The notes beneath the pieces were generated by a model that saw nothing but the letters and a program-made list of their open reading frames with translations, searched no databases and was not told the DNA's origin. 64,000 nt of DNA, taken from positions 1,736,001 through 1,800,000 of the forward strand of contig CM102288.1 in the NCBI GenBank assembly GCA_046563655.1. Direction: 5' to 3'. This DNA is from Yuukianura sp. NJ FZ-2021. Lineage: Eukaryota. Below are positions 41,251 to 51,894 of this stretch, in pieces (position 1 is the first letter of the stretch; each line of letters opens with the position of its first letter). A program made the position numbers and the translations under genes.

Positions 41251-41520
41251 GATTGGAGCGCAAAGACGCGCTCCAACCGCTCAAATGGTGTAAAAGGCCG
41301 TAGATTGGAGCGCAAAGATGCGCTCCAACCGCTCAAATGGTCTAAAAGGCCGTAGATTGGAGCGCAAACATGCGCTCCAACCGCTCAAATGGTCTAAAAG
41401 GCCGTAGATTGGAGCGCAAAGATGCGCTCCAACCGCTCAAATGGTCTAAAAAGCCGTAGATTGGAGCGCAAAGATGCGCTCCAACCGCTCAAATGGTCTA
41501 AAAGGCCGTAGATTGGAGCG
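41237..41520 (+). repeat. Subterminal tandem array, 52-bp unit, 5 full copies plus a partial
   Basis: Units start at 41237, 41289, 41341, 41393, 41445 and 41497. Consensus TCTAAAAGGCCGTAGATTGGAGCGCAAAGATGCGCTCCAACCGCTCAAATGG, containing a 10-bp-stem hairpin. Confidence 0.95.
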
Positions 41521-41565
41521 TATTTCATCGAAGTTAAATTTATGAGTCTCAGCCACATTAATAGT

Positions 41566-42003
41566 TCACAACCATTCAAATCTTATATGTTTAATGTATT
41601 TTTTTGACAACAGAATTGAATACCCCGTTGAATACCCCATCTTTAAGGAATTGAAAATAGCGATCAATTTCTCTTTAATTTCAGGATAGTTTAACATAGC
41701 AATTTGGTTATTCTTCTGTAACTCGAAAACGTAGTGGCGGAACCAACCGCCCGCTATATTTTCAAGAGCTTCTCCGAGATACAAGGACCAGGTGTTTTCA
41801 AGTAGTCGGTTTGCCATGCAGGACATTTCGTAGAGCATGAGGAACTTATGAACATCCTCCTTCGGAGTTCCTCCAAACTTAGGGAACTTTACGGTAACTC
41901 TAACCATAGGAGCATTAGATGGGATGGATTGGGGGGTTTGGATAGTGGCTGCGGTTGACGACGGTGGGTTAGGCGCTGGTGTATTGTTAAACAAGTGGTT
42001 CAA
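41566..42003 (-). pseudogene. Ty3/Gypsy Gag capsid-like fragment (N-terminal half), transposon cargo
   Basis: VKFPKFGGTPKEDVHKFLMLYEMSCMAN...LYLGEALENIAGGWF...YPEIKEKLIAIF matches the retrotransposon Gag pattern. The upstream Pro/Ser-rich frame is interrupted by a stop, and the fragment is truncated next to the 52-bp array. Confidence 0.65.
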
Positions 42004-44280
42004 CCGGCTAGGCTGGATGACCTGATGACCTCCCGAGGGAGTGGCTGCATTGGATGGGGGTTCGTGGGAAGGGATGGTGTAGGGTTATGGGGAGTGTTCG
42101 GGGTGGACATTGTTATGAAGGTGGGGATTGGACAGTGTATGAATTTCTAACCTCGTTGGCCGGAGTAGGTGATGTCGAAGTGCTGGAACTGGCCGCAAGT
42201 TGGATGCGAGGAGCCGGTGGACACAGTGGGATAGGCTTGTCCTGAAAGATGCTTGATGGTACCGTAAAGGTGAGAGAATGAAATGGTCGAAGTGGTCCGT
42301 AGAGGTGTACCGTCACTTGGTGACTTACAAGTACTTCGAGAAGAGTCTTACGAATGGAAAAGTACTGGGCTAGGTAATACTCTGAGTTTAGGATCTGAAA
42401 GTGGACGGTGCTGTGAGAGAACTGAATGAAGCTTCGAATCTTCCGTAGGGATTTATAGAAAGAAAAGTGGTGGAATGGCTCAGTGCCATTTGGATCGGTT
42501 TCCACAAATAAGTTGGCAACCCAAAAGCCTTTGCCAATCTGCCAAATTTGAGTCTTGCCAAGTTGGCACGGAAATACAGTCGTTGTATATCCAGTTTTAG
42601 GAGTAAGAGAGCTCGTTGCGATCTTGCCAAGTTCCCTCAGTGTTGCAGAAGTTTAAAATTAAATCTCGGCCTGTCCTTTTAAGGTTTCGAACCCGGCCGT
42701 CAAAATGCTCCAAAGTCATACTTGAGCTGGGTGCTCGGATGTGTTCCTAAAAATAGGTGTCGCCTTATATGGGAACGGCGAGCGAAAGGACAGAATGTAG
42801 TGCGGGAATCGCGTGTCGAGATGGACGGTCGCCAAAACTCGGGGTCTCGTCCCTAGATGGCGAGAAAATGGAAGGGGGCTAGGTGAACCAAAGCTGTCCG
42901 TATGGCGCAGTCTCACAACAACAGGCCGTTGCCCATAATGTGATCCATACGATGTTGGGTGAATGCCAACTGACCGACGGCGGCCAGCAGAATGGCGCAA
43001 GTCGGGAATCGTTATGGCTGGGGTTTGACGACTTAGAAGAGGTGGAGAAAAGAGATGGGGTGCTGAGGTGGGGGATGGGATGGTGGGGAAGGCGGAGGAA
43101 TCTTAGAGAGGGGTGGGGGATGATTCTCGATCGCGGCCGAGGAAGGCTACAATAAGGGCGTAAGAAAAGGGATTGATTGTCGGTCGGGTGACTGGCCCTT
43201 GGTGCTGAGGGGAGAGTGCCGCAGGAGGCTGCTTTCGAATGGACCAATGTAGTAGCCTGGAGCTCGGCAAGGTCGAAATTTTACAGCAGTGCTCGGGCCA
43301 GATCGTTAGGTTCGGAAATTCGTGGAAGCTAGGAGACACTCCCATTCCCTTCATCCACAATAAAGACGATTTGGCCTAAACGCAATATGGTGTGAGCCCA
43401 CTTATTGCAGCGAGGAAAGTACCTCACCTGTTTTGTTAGCTTATAGATACACTCTCTCCTTCTCCGCCTTACACCAGACAGTAATAAAGACGATCTGGCC
43501 CACGCACAATAAAAGTATCTGGACCCTTGTTAGGCGATCTTGGATACGGACCACTTGAAAGGTGGTTGAGGACAAGGATTGGGGCTTGGGTGAGTGGTCG
43601 TAGGCGAGGAAGTGGGATGAAGGGTTCTCCTAAAAGTCCCGCTCAAGGGTCAGAGCCAAGGCCGTCTTTACCAGGGCCGTCTTTACCGTCTTTACCTTTG
43701 CAGCCGCGGGATACGCAGCTTGAGGTCTCAGTCTCTACGCGGGAGAAGCCTTCTCAGTGCTGGCCTTTGGCGTACACAGTGGGGTTCAGGGAGGATGCCC
43801 TTGAGACTCCGGACTTTGTCGTAGCAAGGAGAGTAGTTAAATGGGAATGTCGGAGAAGGTCGTTAGTTTAAGGCTTCTGGTGGTTGGACGCGGTGAAATT
43901 CCCTAGGTGAGGATGCCCCTCGTCGGTTGGTGGTGATGGCGGAGAGGCGATGGATCGTGTTGTGATGGTTCCTCAGTGGCAGCTTCGCAACTGGTGAAGA
44001 GAAGGTAGTTATGGTTTGGGCACGGTTTCTGCGCTGTACTCTCTGCTTGTTGGGATGAATTCCTAGTATGTTAAGAGAGAAGTATTAAGGTATGCTAAAT
44101 TTGAAGTGTGACCATTGACCTGAGGTCTTTACAGACAGGTCGTCGGTTGTGACGCCTGAATACCTGTACTGATGTACAGTCTTCTCGTTGGCCACTTGGT
44201 GCCCAAGGGGGTGAGCGTTCCGTCTACCCTGGGTAGCGAAAGCTGAACCTATGTTTTCTGATGAGAAATGTTATAGTTCT

Positions 44281-44500
44281 GCACTGCTTTGTCAACTTGG
44301 AGGGAAAATATTTGAGTTTCGCACTACTGTGCCAAATTCGTTGCTAGAATTTTGGAATTTGCCCTACTGTGGCAAATTGCTTACTAGAATTTTGATATTT
44401 GCACCCCTGTGAGAAGTGTGTTGCCAAAATTTGGAAATTTGCGCTACTGTGGCAAATGTGTTTCCAAAATTTTGGAGTTTGCGCTACTGTGGCCAATTTG
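44281..44500. repeat. Degenerate 40-bp tandem repeat (about 5.5 copies) inside the large element
   Basis: Units at 44281, 44321, 44361, 44401, 44441 and 44481. Approximate consensus GCRCTACTGTGGCAAATTTGTTGCYARAATTTTGGAATTT. Confidence 0.8.
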
Positions 44501-46112
44501 TTAAAGTGCAGATGAAATTCCTAATGAAGTAGAATAAGGGTTGCTTACTTTTTGGCTGGTGATAGAGAAGGGCTGGAAGATGATGTTACTGGTGGGACTG
44601 GGCGCTATTGGTCCATCCTGTCCCAGTCACTTCCACACACAGTGGCCCAACAAAGGTCAACGGATTTATAAGTCAAAGTGTGATGGTGTGGTTATCCGAT
44701 TGTTAATGTCGGTGTCACAAAATGTGCAAGTTAGTAAGCTTTTGTTGCTAATTGAAGAGTTAACTTGTGTAACCAGTGGGGCTGGGGCACATAGTACAAG
44801 AAGTGTTATTAGGATGAGAGTGAAAGCTGAACTAAAGTTGCTAAGCCTCATGCCGTGATGTGTTAAAAGTGCGTAAGTTTTTAAAATGAAACGCACCGAA
44901 ATTTGAAACCAGGGCCCGAGGATGGCCCTATTTGGACATGTTCAAGTCCACATTTAGGTTTCGTCCCTGGGAATTGTATTTTTAGGAAGAAGCAGCGGGA
45001 GGGCTACAGTTATCGTGGGAGTCAAGTGTTAGTGCGAAGGAAAATGGGGGAAAAAAATACACGCTGCGCATGTAAGGCTTATTCTAAGAAAAAAAAATCC
45101 GAGTTCGAAAAGGACCATAAAAGATGTGAGCCCTTGCCCCCTCTGATCTGGAGCCTGCGGCCAAGGTCTCACAACTTCTGTGAGCACCGCGGACCCCGAG
45201 GGGGTAACCCCAAGGTTCCCGGGAGAAAGTAGGAGAAGGGATGTTTGACCTCACCTCGACCTCGGTGAAAGAAAGCGGCATCTGACTGTATCTCGGGCGG
45301 TTCCTGGTTCAGAGTTTGAGAAAGTAGCGAGGTCATAGGGCGAAAGCGGAGGTGAGGGCGAAAGGCTACTCAGACTACAACTCCTCTGATCGAGTAAAGA
45401 AATCTCACCTAGGGGTCTGGAGAAAGTTCCGTTGCACACTTTTATTTGCACACCAAAGAAACAGAACGCAAGGAGCCTCAGTGACCTCCGGAGCGGAAAG
45501 GTTAAGTCCGGGTCAAGTACGGACTCAGCGGGTGATCTCGGCCAAGGGATGATCCCCCGGGCCGAGATCGCTCCGCTCCTCTTCCGAGCCGATCTCTCTC
45601 CTTCCTCTCCTGTCTCCAGACTCTCTCGAGAATCAGGTTCGCAAATCCTAATATGCGAATCTGAGTCTCCATTTTTAATGATAACGGGGTCATCTCCTAA
45701 TCAGGAGATGACTCTGCTAGGATTCCCGGGCAATTCGTGAAACCGAATTCCGCCGAACTTGGAAGCGATCTTGGAGGTTCTTCCAAGTTATGCGGAAACC
45801 ATGTCACTCCTAAATCCGCCTTACTGGCCCGGTTTAGGAGCTGACAGTGTAGTAGGCCTGGAGGTAACATGTACTCTTTAGATTTTAGGAGGTTGTAACA
45901 ATCAATCCCGAGCAAATCAATTAACTTGTCATTTAACTTCTTTGTATTCTCGTAGTTTAGAATTACCCATAACTTGCTCCCTCCTCAAATCATCAGGTTC
46001 AACTCGCAGAAGTTGCAGTCCTACGAGGCGGACGAAACAAATTCGTATTAACAAGAAGGTTACTGCGAGAAATTAATAAAGGAGTGTATTCGGTGGTAAG
46101 AAGGTGTTGGGC

Positions 46113-46897
46113 TCACCTCAGGATGGAAACCTGTTCCCGTGAAGGCGACACTCCAGTATACGGCACAATCGGTAACTCCTTCAATTCCTTTCTGCGGTAA
46201 CGGGTTGGAGACGAGGTTAGATGTGAACCATGTACAGAGCAGCAAAAGTGTGTAAAGAAATTAAAGAAACGGCTCACCCCGTAATGGTCTTGGTCCTTAT
46301 GCAGTGAGCTGTTGTATTTCCAAAGGGATAACGGGTCACAAAAGTCGTTGAGGTTGGTTACACCTAATTGGTTGGAAACAACTGTGTTTTGGCGTAGTTC
46401 TTGGTAGTTTTCTTCTTTCCCAAGTACTTCCTCAAAGAATCTGTCTAGAGTCTCCCGACTCCGCGTGAAGTCTGGATTTCTGAAAAAAGTGAAACGAGCG
46501 GAAGTGGCGTGCTGTACAACAATATCAACGTATAAGTTTAACAAATTTGAAAACGCTGCTTACGTAGATTTTCGAATTTCATCTCCGTCCGTAAGTCGAC
46601 GACCTCTGCTACCTTACCATGAACAGGACAGCCAAGCGTCGGATGTAAGCGATACGTGTAGCGAATGGACTTCCCAGAGGGCGAACGTAGTGTGGAAGCT
46701 AGGATGGCTTGGTTGAGGTTTAGTTTCTCGCCGAAACGGATAACGAATACGCCCGAGTCATTAATTTTATCTTGGTTTTCTCTCCTAACTGTTTGAATAT
46801 ATAATGATGGGTTCGCCAATCGCTCACCGATGAACTCGTGGATGTAGACGTTCGAGTTCCAAGGGTAATGCTGAAACATATAACAAGTACTAGCCAT
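46113..46897 (-). pseudogene. Orphan, apparently spliced gene fragment (transposon cargo)
   Basis: Two consecutive protein-like ORFs (119 and 143 aa) separated by a gtaagc...gtacag intron-like stretch whose phases do not match. No recognisable domain. Confidence 0.35.
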
Positions 46898-47364
46898 AGT
46901 TAAAGAACCCCTGTAACATGTTAACTTTTTGTTGTAGGTGTACTGATTAGTCTGATGTTAATCAAGCAGAGATCCCAGGTTAGGTTACCTTAGGTTAGTA
47001 TACGTTAATTTCAAGCGAAACGATTCTGTTAGGTTAACAATCACACAACTTTAGCAGCTGTACCAAATTTGCACAGAACAATTCTTTGCCCTCAACCTAA
47101 TTTCTAGTGCTTCAAATTTGGTGCTTCCTACCCTTCGAGTAATAAGACAACAACAAGACACTTACCATTCCGGAATAAATTGGTGACGAAGCTGAACAAA
47201 GTCAACGAGTTACGTGTCAAAAAAAAAAAAACTACAAACATAGGTACATAGTAAACTGTAGCAACTGGAACAGAAAACACGGCGAAACAGAAAATTCAAA
47301 TGGCCCTGACTAAAAGTCTGAAGTGCTATCTGAAGTTACTGTCTGAAGTGACGTAACTTCGTCC

Positions 47365-48363
47365 AGGAATGTGGGAAATGTTTTATTGTTTTATGGCGAA
47401 TGAAAGCGTGACAACTATGGAAGTCTTGCTGAAATAACTCCTGCATTTCACGTTCAAAGGCAGATTTGCAATCGCGACTGATGGCGTACCGTTGTTTTCA
47501 GTACAAAATTGTAAAATAAATTCGTTAAAACAATGTTACTTTAGTTAATTTTACTCACCACATTTTTTTCACCACCGTCTTCGCCAATACACTGATTAAC
47601 GGAGTACAGCTCGCAGTCTTCTGTGTGCCACTGACCGAATGAATTAAATACCCCAGCATACATGTAGGGGTGTGTTATTCCGGGAACGTTGTAGTCCGAG
47701 ATTATACTTCCCAAATGCGCTTGATTCATCTGCAATCCTACTTCCTCTTCCGGCTGGTAAGGCATTCCATTCATGTAGGGCGTATTGTTACAAGCAATAC
47801 TTGCCCAGAAATCGTTCTCTGCATCCTGGAGCACTTCATATGCTGGAATTCTTCTAAAGGGAAAACATATAATGTTTAGGTGCTTCGGTGAATTTCGTCG
47901 AAGTTTTTCAGTTTGATTTTAAACTTTACTCGTTCTGTTTGAAGTAATTGGCAATTGTTTCCTTGTATTCACGTCCAGGAGCAGTAGTATACACTCCGTT
48001 TCCCACATCTGTTATGTTCACACGTCTTCCAGAGCTTCTAACGCGGCTTCCAGGGATTGCGCCACGTAGCTTTATTTCCCCCGATCCGGTTGTACAAAAT
48101 GCTAATTGCCTGAACTGTACGCTTTCAAGCATGTCAATACGCAGCGGCACAATTTGCTCTTCCGGAATAATCTTTAGAAAAGAGTGACCAGTTTTCAACT
48201 AAACCTTTAATTATTCAAAGATGACTGATACCTTAAAGATTGGAACATTTTCAGGAATTTTTGCTTCCATAACAACGACGTAATCCGAGAATCTGTCAAG
48301 ATCTGCCTTCGTTGCCTTGAAACTTGGTACTTCCAATCCAACCACATCTGATGGATTGCAAGG
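47365..48363 (-). pseudogene. KDM4/JMJD2-like JmjN-JmjC histone demethylase, intron-containing, decayed and 3'-truncated (transposon cargo)
   Basis: Exons 48363-48232, 48171-47930, 47853-47559 and 47489-~47365. JmjN: EVPSFKATKADLDRFSDYVVVMEAK...IFK|IIPEE. JmjC: AENDFWASI...VPGITHPYMYAGVFNSFGQWHTEDCELYSVNQ...GEK(M)W|YAISRDCKSAFERE...DFHSCHAFIRHKT. Confidence 0.85.
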
Positions 48364-49372
48364 CTGGAATTTGTTAAGCGTAATTTAAGGCACCTAGCAC
48401 ACTACATTGTTACCATTAGCAGACTGGTAGGTTGTCGATTCTGGTGCAGTGAAACTTTTTTTCCAAGTTGTTTGGCCAAAATTTATGAAAAATGTTTCTT
48501 CAAAGATTCGCTTTTTATCATGTCTAACGTTTTTGGAACGTTTAGAGCAAACAAATTTTTTTGACGGTAAGGGTCCCCTCTTTCCGTGTTTTCTTTTAAA
48601 TGTGGTGGTAATGTGGACCACCGCGGTTGAGCATTTCGTCGCCCTCTAACTGGTGCTCAATTGGAACGTTAAAGACGAAGTCTTTCTGCCGTAGCATGTT
48701 GGCTAGCATGGCATTCACTCGAGTACCGAGTCGAACCGACTCAAGGTAGATGTTGTAAGCACGCATTTTCTCCGGCTCCGGCATGGAGTCGAAGTTTAGC
48801 GGTGGAGTGAGTTGGTGTCCTTGCCATTTTACTTCTCGCTGCCAGACTTTATAGTTCAACTCCCTGCCTTCGGTCACCGAGATGTTAGGTTGGTACAAAT
48901 TGTTGTGCATTCTAGAAAGCAGAGGTGAAATGTTAACCTGCTACTAGGTTAACAGTTAGATTCGTGTGATCAGTTGTTCGACTATTTGAAGTATCAAAGT
49001 GTAATGTGATTTTTATTAATTCTTAATTATTTAATCAAGAATATAGTCGTGTGGGTGATGAGGTGCTTCGACTACTGCCGAAACTTGTTTGGGTCGGTGG
49101 CGGAGGAAATTACGTAGGAGCCGAGCCCTCAGTACGTTCGGAACTAGAAAATTCCTATAAGTCCACCGACATTTTCTTTCCAAAATCTAAGTACTGGATT
49201 CAGACAAGGTAGAGTCAAATTGTTCCCGCCCGTTGGTACAAACGAGTTGATCCAAATCTGACTCACAAGTTACTTCTCCCAAGTTTATGGTGAAGAATTG
49301 GAGAACGTGTTATCTGCGTCCCGTCAAACGGTCGCATTACGTACTTAATAGCTTTAGAATATGCAACAATGT

Positions 49373-49670
49373 TTAATCGGATGTCAAGTAGGTCAGATCT
49401 GGAAAACCAATAGAGGAATCTGACCGTTCAGCAATTTCCAAAAGTGTTCGAAGCTTCGTCATGGTTTCAGGGTTATGCATGCCAATTTGACGCCGCAAGG
49501 TCGGTTCCAGACCCCTCAGCGTATATTTCACACGTAGTGAGTCGTTCATGTCTGGATTGACTCTATCCGCAAGGTTCTGCATGTGTATGAAATAGTCAAG
49601 ATGAGCTTCTCCCTGTTTCTGTTTTCTAGAAAGCAATTGCCATTCGTTTCATGTCATAGGCCATAGCCAA
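49373..49670 (-). pseudogene. Gag capsid-like fragment (C-terminal half), transposon cargo
   Basis: EWQLLSRKQKQGEAHLDYFIHMQNLADRVNPDMNDSLRVKYTLRGLEPTLRRQIGMHNPETMTKLRTLLE matches the major-homology-region pattern of Ty3/Gypsy Gag. Frameshifted at its 5' end. Confidence 0.7.
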
Positions 49671-49676
49671 CACGTC

Positions 49677-49716
49677 TCAAATGCAGTGAGACCACCCCTG
49701 GTCTCACTGCATTTGA
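49677..49716. other. Perfect 18-bp-stem hairpin
   Basis: TCAAATGCAGTGAGACCA-CCCC-TGGTCTCACTGCATTTGA. Confidence 0.9.
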
Positions 49717-50699
49717 TGAATTTTTTTGAAAAAAATAAACAAAATTGAAAAGTCGTTCCCAAGTGACCCGGGTTGAAGGTCACAGAATTATTCCCATTGT
49801 GTCCACAATCGTAAAGTTAACTTTTGTATTAAATAAATGTTCGATGAGTGTTTGAAATGTTGAAACGTGATAAGAAATTTTAACCTTCAAAGATTTCTAA
49901 CGCTTTGGAGGTTTTGTTTTTGCCTCTGAATTGCTATGTGCAATAAATGTGAAAGCGATATGGGCAATAAATCGGGATCTTTGGATCCCTTAAGTTATGA
50001 ACTTCACTCACTTATTCTTTGATCGTGATGCATGCGTAGACCATGACACTGGAATCAGTCTCATCTCAGATTCTAACTAGTATAGGTTTATATTACATTT
50101 GGTGCAAAAACCACGATGCCAGGAAAAAAATGGCAGACTATGAAGTCTGAACGCAAAACAAGAGAAAGAATGGGGGTGTTTCACGTAAGTTATTTTTTTT
50201 TTTAAATATTTGTACTAAATAGTAATCATACATCTAGAAACTATATGATTCAGATGCCGAGTACCTCTCGTGACAATCCGACGGGAAGGGGCTGCCAAAA
50301 AAAAACCAAACAAACGAAATAAGGTTTGATTATTTCCTATTATTTCTGATTGGCGCAAGGTTTCATTTCCTGTTAGTACCTTACGCATACAGTTTAGGTT
50401 AGTCGTACGCGTGTCTTTGTGTAAAAGACTGTACGCAGGAGATTAAAATATGTGGAGGTGGATGCGTTTTACTTTATAAATTGAATTCCACATACCGTTC
50501 TAAAGATCATGAAAGTGCGCATGCGCCATTGACGTTCCAAGGCTTTTTTGTTACGCGCTTTTACTTTCTACGCATAAATTAGTTACCAATATAAAACAAT
50601 ATATATTAACGGTTAAGTGTATTCGTTTTATTTCCGCACTTCCAGCACGCTCGAGCGCCAGTAATTTTGTCTTAGTCTTTCGAGTTTTTGGTGTATAAT

Positions 50700-51080
50700 T
50701 CAAAAATCGCTGGGCAAAGAATTTTGAAAGCATGCTAGCGTCACCATTGTCGCTTTGTCCTCACGTGCCACAGGCTGCTCATCCGGATTCAGGCAGAAGT
50801 CCAATTTTCGTCGCACATAAGAATTTGTGCCTGGAGGAGGCAGGAACTCTAAAAGTGCTTTGTGAATCGATTTCAGTCTATTCTTACATGAAGAACATAA
50901 TGCGCGGTTATCTGCTCTATCCCTGACAGGCGTGAATTGTAGTTGTGAATTCATCCTGAATAACAAAGTTTTCAAAGCTTGCCCCACAGTCACATTGCAA
51001 TCCCGCAATGTTGCGGAAAATCCAATAATATCTTGACTATTCTTGAAGGGTTTGTCGCAATTATCGCAGTGTCTGTTCAT
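50700..51080 (-). CDS. ZAD (zf-AD)-like C2-C2 zinc-finger ORF, transposon cargo (possibly first coding exon of a longer, decayed gene)
   Basis: MNRHCDNCDKPF...TVGQALKTLL...NRALCSSCKNRLKSIHK: two CxxC pairs about 50 aa apart followed by an amphipathic helix, as in ZAD domains. Confidence 0.5.
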   Translation of the reverse strand: MNRHCDNCDKPFKNSQDIIGFSATLRDCNVTVGQALKTLLFRMNSQLQFTPVRDRADNRALCSSCKNRLKSIHKALLEFLPPPGTNSYVRRKLDFCLNPDEQPVAREDKATMVTLACFQNSLPSDF

Positions 51081-51481
51081 TTTCGTGCCGTCTGTTCTTT
51101 CTGAAATTGGGTCCAACTGATAGTGTATCCACCTTAAAGCACCAGACTTCAAACCAGAACTAATTTCAACCACAGACTGACAGGTTCAGACAGACTGCCA
51201 ACCACAGCTTCATGAGTTGTTAGTGAGTCACTTTCTAACTTGGAAACTAGGCAGAAGTGGCGGTTATCTCCCATCAGACACAGAATGGGTTAAAGGCATC
51301 GTAAAACAGAAATACATCCCCCGCCTAACTATGGACAATGCAATGCAAGTTAAAATGGTTTTTAATTTAATCAAAATTGATTTTGTTTTGGAGCAAAACT
51401 TGCTCCCTCCTGTTCATCGAAATTATTTTTTTTGGAGAATGTTCTAACATAACATAACCATTACAAAAGATTTAGGAAAAA

Positions 51482-51894
51482 TTTTACTTTCAGTGGGTAA
51501 CTCCGATTTTCGTAATTTTTTTTTTTCACAAATACCCTTTGACCCCCTGACTATGAAAATATAATTTTTTTTGACCCGCTCTCAAAAATTTCGAATTTTT
51601 AAAAAATTTTGAAAATGGGAAATTTCCCATAAGGTCACATGTTAACTTTTCTTAAAAATAAATCCCTTTCTCGAAGCCTAACCTAAACCTAACCTAACGA
51701 AATAAAACCAATAACCTATTTTGAGAAAAAAATTAACATGTGTCCTTATGGGGAAATTTCAATTTTCAAAATTTTATAAAAATTCGAAATTTTTGAGAGC
51801 GGGTCAAAAAAATTATATTTTTATAGTCATGGGGTCAAAGGGTATTTGTGAAAAAAAAAATCACGAAAATCGGAGTTACCCACTGAAAGTAAAA
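51482..51894. mobile_element. Fold-back/MITE nested in the large element
   Basis: About 180-bp imperfect inverted arms (51482-51660 and 51717-51894; TTTTACTTTCAGTGGGTAACTCCG... / ...CGGAGTTACCCACTGAAAGTAAAA) around a short CCTAA-repeat core. No clear TSD. Confidence 0.75.

Noticed and set aside
41237..41520. CRISPR-like array (regular palindromic repeats)
   Set aside because: The units are head-to-tail and near-identical with no unique spacers, there are no cas genes, the context is eukaryotic, and the array is continuous with a transposon TIR.
41096..41579. Short ORFs (MSGWSASLRSNLR..., MNGCELL...) and their mirror at 52069-52305
   Set aside because: They are translations of the TIR and the 52-bp repeats, not genes.
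47365..48363. Functional demethylase encoded by this particular copy
   Set aside because: It has a frameshift, a mutated splice acceptor and lacks the C-terminal JmjC segment with the third iron ligand.
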